From a virus, in IMG/VR virus record IMGVR_UViG_3300008954_000045, positions 3,942 through 67,941 of that record: a DNA stretch of 64,000 bases; one strand, 5' to 3'. Of the stretch, positions 17,126-28,024 are shown in pieces (the stretch's first letter is position 1; each line of letters opens with the position of its first letter). A model generated the notes under the pieces. That model saw only the letters and a list, made by a program, of their open reading frames with translations. It searched no databases and was not told where the DNA came from. A program made the translations under genes and the position numbers.

Positions 17126-19495
17126 CTATGGTATTTCTGCTTCGGCGGTATAATGGAAAGATATTTTATTACGATAACCCGCAACAAGAGTAGTCCCTCC
17201 GGGTTCGTTATGACCACCATCTACTCTATATCTTTGCATTGCATGTATATTAGTGTCGCTGCTATATATATTCTTAACATTATGATTCAAATCACTTCCG
17301 TTTTCGTAGTGAACCGAGTGAAAGCCGTCTTTTTGACCGGTGCTGGGATTGTACGCAGTTACTGTTGGGATATTATTCTTTCTTGTTCGGAAGGGCATAT
17401 TGAAGTGTGCAGTAGGACTAATTATCCAATCGTCAACCGTTCTACAACCCATCCAAGAAACAGTTCCAGGCACATCTCCCAAGAGGTATGATTTTTCATA
17501 ATACCGTTCAAGTTTAGTAATTTCTTCTTCAAAATTCATTTGTCTATATGGAGTCCACACAGTACCCTCTTCAAGTTTCACTTGTCCCAAATACCAATAA
17601 TCGCCTACATTTGCCCCACAGTTCACTTGACCTTCAATCCCAAGAAGATTTGCTTCCTGCCAGGTATTTTCTAGTGCTTCTGGTGCAAGATATGTTGGTG
17701 TTGAAGACATCCCCCACCAAATTCGTAGACCTGCTTCGTTGTGCCATCCCCCAGCCCAAGCAGCAGAATCCCATATGGGTGTGGGTACTGTCATTATAAC
17801 TTTTTGCCATGTGTCTGCTTGTGTGATGGTGTACGTTGATGCATACGAACGGGTCCAGTTTTTGTTTCTGAATGTTACACTATATTTACCAACAACATTA
17901 GATTTTGTCCAGAAACTGAGAGTCATTGATCCTGATGCAAATAATCTTCTCCAATCATATCCTTCAACATGATATTGTAGCCCAGAATAATCAATACCTC
18001 CAGAGCCCGGTCTGTGAACGGATGTGGTGGTAATTTTTAAACATTTTTGTGCTGGTGAAACGTCTCCACTTTCCAACCAACTGGTTGGAATCATAGCATC
18101 CTTTTGTTCCATTGTGTGTCTGGAATTTCCTTGTCTATAATAAGAGAATCTGTCAGCAAGATATGTTCTATATTCCATGTCCGAGGCAGATCTGCCTCGC
18201 TGCCAGAAATCAAAATTACCGTTTAAGATATAATTTTCATTAGATCTGTGGGTACTTACGAAATTTGCACGGGTCTTGTCATAAACTAGTACATCGGCGT
18301 GCCTTGCAACATTACATGTTCTCCACACACAATCATCACTATCTGTTTTTTGTGTGATATCGACATCTGCAAGTTCTATAAGATTGACATCAATGAGTGC
18401 AGCGTTTGCTTGTGACGAGGCACGAATTATCCAGTTGATAGCAATGAAGGGTTGCATGTTGTTGTGAGCCAACCCACCACCTTCATTTTCCACAATGACA
18501 TTTTTATATCCCCTACCAGCATCGTTATCATCACCGACCGTGGGGTTATTACAATAATTGTGCCAGTCGTTTGAAACTACTGGTCCCCAAGTATTAAATC
18601 CAGAACATGTATCTGGTCCAGCCCCATGTACACCATCATCTACTCCAGTATAAGCACTGCTACCAATGCTATTTCCTTCTTTGGGACCATAAGGAAGACC
18701 ATCGATTGTTTGTGCGCGAGTAGCATCATTTGCCAACTCATCAATAAATGCTTCATACTTAGCAGTGTGTGCGTGTGATGGTATTTCCGATTGAGTTAAA
18801 AAGTGCTTTTCTTCTCCACCAACATCACCAATCGTCCTGTCACTATAAGCAGAATTATCTTTGTTTACACCAATTGGTCCCTTGCCTCTAAAATCTGGTA
18901 GTCGATATAATGCACCATAAATAGGTCCAAAAGTATCACCCAAAAGGGATGATAATTCAGGATAATCTGAACTGGAGAACTGATCGCCATCACATAATAA
19001 CCATCCAATTGGAACGTCTGTTTCATTTTTTCCAGACCAAGGCATTATAGAACCAACCGGAGTAACTTCATTTAGTTCTACAATGTTGGTTGCTTGTATA
19101 CCATTCATTGATCCAATGTAATTTACAACAATACCAATTTGACTGGTAGTTGTTACTAACATTGTTTTCTTTACAGTTCCCGTTGCAGTTGGTGCAGAAT
19201 CCGTCAACGCACCGGGAGTCCCGGTTGATAAGAAGTAAACTCTTCCTACTGCCAAACCAGACATCCCTGCGGTGCTGATTTGACCTGCAAACACAATAGT
19301 AAAAGATGATCCTGCTACACTCTCAACAATTCCCAATGCTTCAGAGTTACAAGAAGAATCTGCCTGTGCTTTTGTCCAAAGAGAACCGTCATGACGCAAG
19401 ACATCACCAGCCACAAAATTGTGACCTGGTTGATTTACAGTTGCTTTGATGCCAGCACCTGCTCCTGATAATTGTTCAAATGCGCTACTACCCAC
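17126..19495 (-). CDS. tail fibre protein with tail-collar domain and CBM-like C-terminal module
   Basis: PVGSIMPW..GWLLCDG..YPEL..LPDFRG..GGEEKH.LT..EIPSHAH..HNNMQP collar motif; ILNGNFDFWQRG..VKLEEG..ERYYEKSY module. Confidence 0.8.
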   Translation of the reverse strand: MGSSAFEQLSGAGAGIKATVNQPGHNFVAGDVLRHDGSLWTKAQADSSCNSEALGIVESVAGSSFTIVFAGQISTAGMSGLAVGRVYFLSTGTPGALTDSAPTATGTVKKTMLVTTTSQIGIVVNYIGSMNGIQATNIVELNEVTPVGSIMPWSGKNETDVPIGWLLCDGDQFSSSDYPELSSLLGDTFGPIYGALYRLPDFRGKGPIGVNKDNSAYSDRTIGDVGGEEKHFLTQSEIPSHAHTAKYEAFIDELANDATRAQTIDGLPYGPKEGNSIGSSAYTGVDDGVHGAGPDTCSGFNTWGPVVSNDWHNYCNNPTVGDDNDAGRGYKNVIVENEGGGLAHNNMQPFIAINWIIRASSQANAALIDVNLIELADVDITQKTDSDDCVWRTCNVARHADVLVYDKTRANFVSTHRSNENYILNGNFDFWQRGRSASDMEYRTYLADRFSYYRQGNSRHTMEQKDAMIPTSWLESGDVSPAQKCLKITTTSVHRPGSGGIDYSGLQYHVEGYDWRRLFASGSMTLSFWTKSNVVGKYSVTFRNKNWTRSYASTYTITQADTWQKVIMTVPTPIWDSAAWAGGWHNEAGLRIWWGMSSTPTYLAPEALENTWQEANLLGIEGQVNCGANVGDYWYLGQVKLEEGTVWTPYRQMNFEEEITKLERYYEKSYLLGDVPGTVSWMGCRTVDDWIISPTAHFNMPFRTRKNNIPTVTAYNPSTGQKDGFHSVHYENGSDLNHNVKNIYSSDTNIHAMQRYRVDGGHNEPGGTTLVAGYRNKISFHYTAEAEIP

Positions 19496-19504
19496 GTCGT
19501 TCTC

Positions 19505-22291
19505 CTAGTGAATGCTTGTGTCCATATGGTATATAGATTTCCAAAAATATTGTCCGGCAGAAGATATACTTCTGTCTACTCTCCCTGCACTTGTCCACAT
19601 TATAATGTCTGATGTTGACGCCCCATTTGTAATATTGATTGGTAATGCTCCCGTTCCCCACCCGTTTGCTATAACTTCAATAGCATTTACACATTTACTT
19701 GTTAATTGGATGGTGATAGGAGTCATTCCTGAATATGGATAAGGTTCAGTATTTATCTCAAAACAATAACTTGAAGTTGTCCCAGTTGCAAGACCACCAC
19801 CCACATCAGATGCAAATATTCTCTGGTAATATCTCTTCACCATCGATTCTTCGACAGATGGATGTCTATATTCCCAATCTGTTGCCACTTTTCCTGCTTC
19901 AAGTTGAACTCGGGAAATATCAATCCCGGCTGTTACACCAGCAGACCAAGATCCGGGAATTGCCCATCGTAACTCTAACCAGTGTCTTTTTGCTGTATTG
20001 TTATTTACACTAATAGGTATAGTTTCGGACACAGTGTTAAGTTCATCAACTGGCCAGATTTCAAATGTGTGTGTGTGTTTTGTGAAGTTTTCCGAATTAG
20101 ACAAAGATGTTAGTGTGAATCCATGATCTGTAGTAGAACCATCTCCCACCCACCCATAACAAGCAGAAGCACCACCGTTATATGTTCCTCCATCAACAGA
20201 TCCATCTGTTACTTGCCAAAGCGTTACATTAACATCTGCATTTTCACCACCAAGAATAGACGTTTTTGCCCAATAACTTAGAGTTGCATATGATGTAGAT
20301 GTTGAATTTGAGAGAGAACGGACATCTTCGATTCGATGTATCAACCAAGCAGTTGCTCCAGCAACTCCATATTTATCGAAACGAAGATATGTTTGTGGAT
20401 TTGGCACATAAGTTTCAGAAACATCCGTATCAGCGTCATGACGCATCTTATAGACATGTACAGTTGAAGAATTTCCGCCCCAATTAGAAGAACCTGAATT
20501 TATCATCCACATATCTGCATGATAACCAGTGTTTCCTCCACTAAACTCAAAGTGTGTTCCGGTTGTTCCGTCCCAGTATTGGGCACCATGAGGATATCCC
20601 ATTACCAGTCCATCTTCTGCTCTTTGCCACCAATGAAAATCACCATTAATGACTCTATTTCGGAAACTCAAGTTGGGAATAGCACCGGGATCGGTCATAT
20701 ACCCCGTTGCTGTATCATACATCATATCTTCTCCGGTACCTCCTGCAACTCCTCCTGTTGCGGGAACAACCGTTCCGAGATAGTTCACAAAAAGTGCTTC
20801 GGTGGAGTTAATAGCAACTAGCACAGTTTTTCTGATGGTGTCTTCTGTTATTGGTTCTGCACTGGTAAATCCACCACTATTGGTTGAACTATCAAGGAAA
20901 TACACTTCCCCTGCTGTCATCCCTGCTCCGTCAAAGGGCGCGCCGCCGCTCATACCAGAAAGATCTACAATTCCGTCATATACAATTACATATTGATCTT
21001 CTGGGGCAACCCAAGAACCTTCGATGGTAAGACCCGGGGTGTCTTCTACTATACCGATAACTTCTGCACTTACCTTATTATCGTTGTACGATTTACCATA
21101 TGTTGTTCCTTCGGGAATGAATCGAACAACATCACCAGAAGTAAATCCATGTGCGGTATGCTGAATAATCTTTCTGTTAGTCCATTTATGATCAAGATAC
21201 TTATCGCCAGACATACCTGTTGTTGGGATACCATATTGTGCTGGTTGGTGGTGGAAGGAAGATCCATAAGTAACTCCACCCACAACAATGTCACCATCTA
21301 ATTCACTGATCTGAACTGTACCTTTTTTACTAAGGGACAGAGCCTCTTTTGTGATACCACTAATGGTATTTTCATAGAAAAATACAAGTCTTCCTTGAAC
21401 ATCGACTGCTGAACCAGATTCTGTATTCTTTCGGATTGTCCATATTTTACTTTCGTTGTCAAGTTGACGGAAAGTAAGATCCATATCATCGTCTACCACA
21501 GAGAATAGATCAAATGATTTGTTCTCGGAAAGGAATCTTGAATCTGAACTAAGCATCAGATCAATGTTTGATTTAAATGAGTTGAATTTGAGTCCACCGC
21601 TTGTTACGATATAGTCGTATGTGAACTCTTTATCACCAGAAGCACCCTTGATGATAATTCCTGCCCCGTCTAGATTTTGATCGTTTAGGTATGCGCCACT
21701 ACCATCTGTGGTATTAGATGCTGCCAAGAATAGATTAACATCATCAACATACAATTCACTTGAATTGATGACGGTAGTTTCGCCATCAAAGTAAATATTT
21801 CCGTAAAATCTATGATCTCCGCACACTCCGTATGGGAGTAAGTCTTTTGCTGGAATGTGTCGAATGGCGCCCGTCCCAGTAGATGTGTCTGAAAACGCAT
21901 AATAGTCATCTTCGTGTATCCAAGCACCAGAAATTCCACCTGTAGCATCTGGGAGATTCTCGAAATCTAGTGTTAATATTCTACGATCTGTGCTGACATC
22001 AGGATTGTTTGCTCCTGTTATACTAGAATCTGTGATAAATCGTAAACCGTAGGTGTAGTCGCTGGCAGCAACAGGAGTAGTTCCGTCAAAAAACTCATTT
22101 ACTCCAATGTTTACTCGAAGAGTGGTGGTTCCATCGACTGCACGATATCTAGCAAGACCCCAACCATTATCAACATCATATACATTGATGTTGTTAACAA
22201 CATCAATCATATCATTACTTCTCAAAAACCATTCATTGAATGTGTCGGAGAGTTGAAGTGGTTCAACATAATGGAGACTACTAATGCTCAT
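19505..22291 (-). CDS. baseplate-attached tail fibre protein
   Basis: N-terminal LSDTFNEWFLRSN (gp9/gp10-like start); RNRVINGDFHWWQR..VQLEAGKVAT..KRYYQ module shared with the neighbour. Confidence 0.65.
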   Translation of the reverse strand: MSISSLHYVEPLQLSDTFNEWFLRSNDMIDVVNNINVYDVDNGWGLARYRAVDGTTTLRVNIGVNEFFDGTTPVAASDYTYGLRFITDSSITGANNPDVSTDRRILTLDFENLPDATGGISGAWIHEDDYYAFSDTSTGTGAIRHIPAKDLLPYGVCGDHRFYGNIYFDGETTVINSSELYVDDVNLFLAASNTTDGSGAYLNDQNLDGAGIIIKGASGDKEFTYDYIVTSGGLKFNSFKSNIDLMLSSDSRFLSENKSFDLFSVVDDDMDLTFRQLDNESKIWTIRKNTESGSAVDVQGRLVFFYENTISGITKEALSLSKKGTVQISELDGDIVVGGVTYGSSFHHQPAQYGIPTTGMSGDKYLDHKWTNRKIIQHTAHGFTSGDVVRFIPEGTTYGKSYNDNKVSAEVIGIVEDTPGLTIEGSWVAPEDQYVIVYDGIVDLSGMSGGAPFDGAGMTAGEVYFLDSSTNSGGFTSAEPITEDTIRKTVLVAINSTEALFVNYLGTVVPATGGVAGGTGEDMMYDTATGYMTDPGAIPNLSFRNRVINGDFHWWQRAEDGLVMGYPHGAQYWDGTTGTHFEFSGGNTGYHADMWMINSGSSNWGGNSSTVHVYKMRHDADTDVSETYVPNPQTYLRFDKYGVAGATAWLIHRIEDVRSLSNSTSTSYATLSYWAKTSILGGENADVNVTLWQVTDGSVDGGTYNGGASACYGWVGDGSTTDHGFTLTSLSNSENFTKHTHTFEIWPVDELNTVSETIPISVNNNTAKRHWLELRWAIPGSWSAGVTAGIDISRVQLEAGKVATDWEYRHPSVEESMVKRYYQRIFASDVGGGLATGTTSSYCFEINTEPYPYSGMTPITIQLTSKCVNAIEVIANGWGTGALPINITNGASTSDIIMWTSAGRVDRSISSAGQYFWKSIYHMDTSIH

Positions 22292-22491
22292 TTGTTCTGT
22301 TCCTTAGATAACATCTCTTGCAATAAGGATTTGACATTTTTCAGTTCTTCTTCTAGTGTTGCTATCCGCTTCTTTTCTAATTCTTGTTGGTTTATCTTGA
22401 TATATTGATTTTTATTTGTGTTAATAATAGCATTTGATATATTATCCCTATAAAGATATTTCTCTCCATCAACTCGTACCCTATTTAGCAT
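22288..22491 (-). CDS. small coiled-coil hypothetical protein
   Basis: LYRD..SNAIINTN...Y...LEEELKNVKSLL; ATG overlaps the upstream stop; usual neighbour of the DUF4815-type gene in marine T4-likes. Confidence 0.7.
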   Translation of the reverse strand: MLNRVRVDGEKYLYRDNISNAIINTNKNQYIKINQQELEKKRIATLEEELKNVKSLLQEMLSKEQNK

Positions 22492-25400
22492 CAATATGTT
22501 CCTTCATCCTGCTCGGGTGCTTCTTCTCCAGTAACTACGCCCATCGTTACTTCTATGGGAGCAAGAGATACATCATAAAGAGAATATGTCTTCATCTTTT
22601 TTACTTGTGGAATATCTGTTTTTGTGTCGTCGCCAGTAAGCACCACTTTAACCATAAAGGACACGAACCCGTGGTTTAGGGTTTCATCTGTGTCTGTATA
22701 GGAGTAGACAAACTCATAAAAATCATTTTCTCCGACACCAACAGGATTATAGTTTAGTTCTGGTTCCAGTTCAAACCACTCTTTATTATCAATTATTGCT
22801 TCATTTTCTCGAAGACATTTTGCGTAAACTTTGATACCAGTACCATATGGTTTTGAAGCATCTAAAACTACTTTGAGTATGTTGCCCTTTGTGTCCATTC
22901 TTACTTGTTTACCAATGTATCTTGCAAATCCTTCATTTTGTGTTGGTGCGGATGTGTTGGTTTCATATGATGTGTCGGTGCCCATTTCATACTTAGCAGC
23001 AATTAAACTTAATCTATCAACATCAACCATTGGTGTTAGGGTTTCATCTTCGGTAGATAGTGTTGCTTTTGCTAATTCTTTTCCTGCTGCTAAATCGTAT
23101 TCGTTTCTTTTTGATAGTTTAGTTGCTGTGTTGGGCTGTAATTTAATAAGAATATCAACATCGTTGACATTATACTCGATAGAGGTGAGAGGGTCTTTAA
23201 TATACTCAGACAGCAATGTTATTTCGTGCGCACTAGGACTGCTCACAACCTCACCGTCAGAATTGATTGTTGTTGATTCCTCACCAATAAGGTACAGAAC
23301 ACCTGCATTAGAAACACCAGTATCATACTTTGCTCGGTTTAACCGGAACATCAATGAGGTGTTCATGTTTTCTTTTCTTGCACCGTTATTCTGTGGTTCA
23401 AACATTGTTCCAATATATGGTTGTTTGGATACTTCATTTGCTGTTGCAGTCCCATCTGCGGTAATTCCTTTTCTGCCAAGTTCACTTGCCCACATTCTAT
23501 ATTTTGAACTATTTGTTTTGAATATTACAGCATACTCCCCCGATTCGAGGAAAATGGGACTACTAAAATTAAATCGAGTGTAGTTTGCAGGATTCGGACC
23601 CGAACTAGAAACCACAATATTGCTTGCATTAACAGAAATTTCTGATAATGGAATTACTGTTGTTGGGTGTGGGACGTTATTCTCGATTGGTCGCAATTCG
23701 ATAGAAAATGGAAGTTCTTTGTCGTCTGCTTTTTGGAAGAACAAATCAATACTAGTTGCAAATATTCCTCTTGGGAATTTGTCTGCATCAATTTCAAATT
23801 TTTGTGCCATTGCATCAAAATAATCTGCAACATCACTTAAAACTTGCTTTTTGGTAATCGTTGCAGAGTCTTGAGTAATTCGTTCTTTTCTGGCACTATC
23901 TCGTTTTGCAGCAATTTCTCTAGTAGATGTGATTTTCTCATCTACACTCTTCACATTACCATTTACTACATAGAACTTTTCTGCTACAGTTGTTGTGTCT
24001 GCAACACTGTTTGTCATCGAATCGCAAATACGAATAAGAATTTTCCCTGCACGATACTTGCTTTTCTGTGGAATTTTGATAGTAACCTCTGCGTTACCAT
24101 ATTTGTCGGTTCGGCCGTAGTTACTCTTGGTTTCTATCCATGCCATTCTGTTCTGAACAGCAATTGCTTCGGATGTTCCCAATCTAACACCATCAACAAA
24201 TACATGATATTTGCTATTTGGACGCATCCCACTCGCATTACAAGTGATAGTACGTTGACGTATAAATGGGACGATACCTTTATCCACGGTTCTGCCCTTC
24301 ATTTGTTCTTTCCGTGAGTTAAGATTGGTGTTGTTGTGACCTAATTCGTCAAGTCTTTGCCCACCACTTCGATATTTCCACCATCGTCTGCTCAGTGGTC
24401 TTTCACGAACAACACCCATTTGGTTGGATGGAACCTTAAATCTGTTAGTGAGAAATTGTTTGCGAAGTCTTCGTGGGAGATGTAGTCGAGAATTCCCGAT
24501 CCAGTTTCGGAACCACCAATTATGGAATGCACCCCAACCGTTACGAATTCCCTTATTCTTTTTCTTTAGTCTGATAAGATAAGGATCTTTTGATCCGTCT
24601 ACATTACTCATCACAGAAGGATTTCGTGTTATATCAAACCAATCATCCGACGAAGGAGATAGTTTTAGATTTCCTACCCAATTGCTTTTCTCAAAGGGAT
24701 TTACCGACACTGACACATTTGCATCAAGATTATTTACTGTAGAAATGTCCGTTCGTGATGGATTTAGAGTATAGACATTATCTGACGATCCAGTAACACC
24801 ACTTGAAACGAGAGAAGGGGATTTGATCAAGTTGATGTTTGTCAAGGATGTAGCAGGCCTAAGAGTCCCGGTGTCTGGATCCACAGATACGTTATGATCT
24901 GGGTTATCAATGTCACTAGAGTCGGTATTATAGAACGAATCGACAACTAGTGCATTAAGAAATACGCTTCTTCCATAAGAATCTGATTGAATCTTGGCGT
25001 CCATTTCATGAACGCTGAGTTGAGTTACTTCTTCTAACTTAGTAACCCGTTCGTTAAGTTCACCAATCTGTTCCATTGTGAATCGCTGGTTGTCGATGTA
25101 CTCAGTAGATACGTCTTCTGCGTTGATAGTATATGGATTCCAATAGAGTAAATACAGAACCATAGCCTCTTCGGGGTTATGTTCTGGTGGAACAGGATTC
25201 ATTGAAGGAATACCTTCAAGAATTTTAAACTCTCTGTCTTTGGTCAATACCAGTTTATCTGTTCTTGGAATATAATGCTCATAATCCGAGAAGAACAATT
25301 TTCCATCTTGGGGTGTGTATACGCCATAAACTTTACCAGCATCTGTAGCAGATACATCCCACCCACCACACTTGATTGGACGGAAATCTATTACATCTGT

Positions 25401-28013
25401 AAGGTTTGTTGTTTCACCAGTCTTGGGGTTGGTGTAACTAGGAATATAATTGTATGTTGTAAACTCTGTTGGTTCTGCCCATAAATCGGTTGATTCTTGA
25501 ACAAAGGTTGCAGTCTCTCCTCCGTTATTGAAAGATTTGACATGGTGATCTTCGTGGATATATGAATTCACTGTTGCGGGATATATCACCGTGCTATGGT
25601 CTGAAAGATCATATCCTAGTTGCCATCTTTGATGATCGAAGTACAGAAATTGTATTTTGAATCCTGCACCAGCATTTGTCCATGCGTTATCTGGTCCTGC
25701 TGTACCACCTTCTTGTCCAGAATCCAACACAACGGAACCCCAATCATACATTTGGGGCAGTTGTCCGTTGTTTAGCGTGAACATATCTGTGTAATCTTTA
25801 TTTGTGCCCAACTCCGTGACGCTCTCTATCATAAAGATATCGGAGTATCCCAAGTTAATACCTCTACCACCACCAATTCTGCTATTCCACATTGTTGATG
25901 CATTGTCGGCATTAGTGGTATTTGTGATTTCTACTGTATGCCGCATTAATACTTTTTTGCGATGGTAGTGGTTGTTGTCGAATATATCATCGTGATTATT
26001 TCTTAGATTTGCGAGTAGGTATGCTTTTTTAGTACCTGTCCAACTATCAGAAGCACTCGAACCAATTTCAATTTGTACTTGGGCATTTCCTGATTGTGTG
26101 GTGAGGGTATTACCTCCATACGCCCCAACAGAACCTGTACTCATATCAAATATATACCCATCAACAACAACCATGTATTCATCAAGGTTTGTAACATCAT
26201 TGATTACATCGTCTAAATTTCCTTGGAATACAGATCCACTTGGTGCAGTTGCCACACCAGTCCAAACACCACTAGATTCGGTGAGATCTACTGTGAAGTC
26301 TGTTTGTACATAATAGTCAAGACCTGTAATTGTTTTTACGGTGTCGCCTTCTGGAACGGGGAAGAATAGATTTGTTTTTCCTTCTTCTTTAAACCCCACA
26401 TCCATATCATACAATTTGCACAAAGTTTTGTTCGTGTTTGGATCTGTAAGATGTGTAACATCTTTGATGCTTTTAGAATCGTGTTCAGTAGAGAATCCTG
26501 CATCACTACCAAACGAAATGTCTGTAAGATAAAACCGATATAAAACTCCCACACCCAAATCCCCAACACCAGTCGAATCTCTTGCAATGTGGTATATTCT
26601 TGCACACCCTATTGGTTCAACAATTCCAGAACCGGGAGTGAATGTTAAGTATACTTTCTTGTATTCTTTACCGATAAGTTGTTCTGTGGTATCTCCTGCC
26701 ATCATTCCTTGTATACCATAAAACAATGGAGTACTACCATCAAGGTTGTGTTCAACAAGAACATAGTTGCCTAAATTAACATCAACCAATCTGTCATTCC
26801 AAGAACGGTAGTGTCTTGCTTTCTTACCGAGGATGTGTTCTGTGTTTTGTAGTTCAAACTCAAATCCACGAACGTATGCTTTGCCCGATTCCATTCCAAC
26901 TGCAAGATAGTTGTATGGATCCCGCCGTAAAGTTTCGGAGGGATCCCAAATTTCGTTGTAGTCTTGCGTGTTGATTCCGAAAGGTGAAACGGTATAATGT
27001 CCTGATTCGTCATATGTTCTTCTTGCAAGAGTTTCTTCAAGTTTGGCATATTCGGGATATTTGAGTTTCTTAAAGGTTTGCCCTTTGATGATTCGTGCAA
27101 ACTCAAAATAATCTTCGGTACTAAAGTCTGTACGGTATCCTTGCTCATCAAAAATGTATGGAATTTGACTTATTACCAAGTTGATTCTGTATCGATCTGC
27201 ACCGGGGGCATTGTAGTTGTATGAACCCTGTGAAGGATCCCTCAAAGATTGATCTGTTTCGGGAGATATAGTTTCTCGGTTGATATTAAAACCTACTGAT
27301 ACAGTTCTATCTTCTGGGTTGAATGCTCTTACACCATTCTCTTCTTCAAATACTGGAATTGTTTGTGCGTCATTCAATACAAAGAAACCATCAGTGTAGA
27401 ATATTCCTTGCTCAATAGAGATAAGGATAGACTCTCCGGTATGTGGGATAGTTCCAATACCAAATGTCGAGTCACTTGCTACTGTAAGAGAAACATTCAA
27501 AAGTGGGTTGGTTGAGGTGATTTGGGATGTGCCGGAATTGAACGCTACGGAGTCGTCAAGGGTTCCCTTAATTACCTCAATGAAGAGAATCTTATATCCG
27601 TCCGTATCTGTGGTGTTTAACCCATGTATCACCCTGGCAGACACTGTAGTATTTTGTCCCACCAATGGATCTTGTTCTGATTCGGGAACAAAAGAGTTTT
27701 GTACAGTGTGTGTATATTCTAATTCAAATCCTATCAGATCATCAATATCAAATGTGGTTGATTTCTCTGGATCAATTCGGATGAATTTGACTTTTCTCTC
27801 AGTGATTCCAGCACCCTGTACTACGTCACCGTCCTCAAAAATATGATCTCCGAACCTACCAAGTTGGTTGTTAAGGATGGTTTGTAACTGTGTGAGTTCT
27901 CTTGCCTGTAATGCAAAACCAGGCTTAAATAAGACTTGCAAGAACTTTTTGGCTTCATCAAAGTCATCATAATATGGTGTGACATTGAACCTAGATTTTT
28001 TGTTTACTGCCAT
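22491..28013 (-). CDS. large virion structural protein (DUF4815/VrlC-like)
   Basis: NVTPYYDDFD..K.F..VLFKPG..LQARELTQLQTIL, APGADRY, LARRTYDESG.Y, GKAYVRG. Confidence 0.85.
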   Translation of the reverse strand: MAVNKKSRFNVTPYYDDFDEAKKFLQVLFKPGFALQARELTQLQTILNNQLGRFGDHIFEDGDVVQGAGITERKVKFIRIDPEKSTTFDIDDLIGFELEYTHTVQNSFVPESEQDPLVGQNTTVSARVIHGLNTTDTDGYKILFIEVIKGTLDDSVAFNSGTSQITSTNPLLNVSLTVASDSTFGIGTIPHTGESILISIEQGIFYTDGFFVLNDAQTIPVFEEENGVRAFNPEDRTVSVGFNINRETISPETDQSLRDPSQGSYNYNAPGADRYRINLVISQIPYIFDEQGYRTDFSTEDYFEFARIIKGQTFKKLKYPEYAKLEETLARRTYDESGHYTVSPFGINTQDYNEIWDPSETLRRDPYNYLAVGMESGKAYVRGFEFELQNTEHILGKKARHYRSWNDRLVDVNLGNYVLVEHNLDGSTPLFYGIQGMMAGDTTEQLIGKEYKKVYLTFTPGSGIVEPIGCARIYHIARDSTGVGDLGVGVLYRFYLTDISFGSDAGFSTEHDSKSIKDVTHLTDPNTNKTLCKLYDMDVGFKEEGKTNLFFPVPEGDTVKTITGLDYYVQTDFTVDLTESSGVWTGVATAPSGSVFQGNLDDVINDVTNLDEYMVVVDGYIFDMSTGSVGAYGGNTLTTQSGNAQVQIEIGSSASDSWTGTKKAYLLANLRNNHDDIFDNNHYHRKKVLMRHTVEITNTTNADNASTMWNSRIGGGRGINLGYSDIFMIESVTELGTNKDYTDMFTLNNGQLPQMYDWGSVVLDSGQEGGTAGPDNAWTNAGAGFKIQFLYFDHQRWQLGYDLSDHSTVIYPATVNSYIHEDHHVKSFNNGGETATFVQESTDLWAEPTEFTTYNYIPSYTNPKTGETTNLTDVIDFRPIKCGGWDVSATDAGKVYGVYTPQDGKLFFSDYEHYIPRTDKLVLTKDREFKILEGIPSMNPVPPEHNPEEAMVLYLLYWNPYTINAEDVSTEYIDNQRFTMEQIGELNERVTKLEEVTQLSVHEMDAKIQSDSYGRSVFLNALVVDSFYNTDSSDIDNPDHNVSVDPDTGTLRPATSLTNINLIKSPSLVSSGVTGSSDNVYTLNPSRTDISTVNNLDANVSVSVNPFEKSNWVGNLKLSPSSDDWFDITRNPSVMSNVDGSKDPYLIRLKKKNKGIRNGWGAFHNWWFRNWIGNSRLHLPRRLRKQFLTNRFKVPSNQMGVVRERPLSRRWWKYRSGGQRLDELGHNNTNLNSRKEQMKGRTVDKGIVPFIRQRTITCNASGMRPNSKYHVFVDGVRLGTSEAIAVQNRMAWIETKSNYGRTDKYGNAEVTIKIPQKSKYRAGKILIRICDSMTNSVADTTTVAEKFYVVNGNVKSVDEKITSTREIAAKRDSARKERITQDSATITKKQVLSDVADYFDAMAQKFEIDADKFPRGIFATSIDLFFQKADDKELPFSIELRPIENNVPHPTTVIPLSEISVNASNIVVSSSGPNPANYTRFNFSSPIFLESGEYAVIFKTNSSKYRMWASELGRKGITADGTATANEVSKQPYIGTMFEPQNNGARKENMNTSLMFRLNRAKYDTGVSNAGVLYLIGEESTTINSDGEVVSSPSAHEITLLSEYIKDPLTSIEYNVNDVDILIKLQPNTATKLSKRNEYDLAAGKELAKATLSTEDETLTPMVDVDRLSLIAAKYEMGTDTSYETNTSAPTQNEGFARYIGKQVRMDTKGNILKVVLDASKPYGTGIKVYAKCLRENEAIIDNKEWFELEPELNYNPVGVGENDFYEFVYSYTDTDETLNHGFVSFMVKVVLTGDDTKTDIPQVKKMKTYSLYDVSLAPIEVTMGVVTGEEAPEQDEGTY

Positions 28014-28024
28014 GTGGTGTTATC

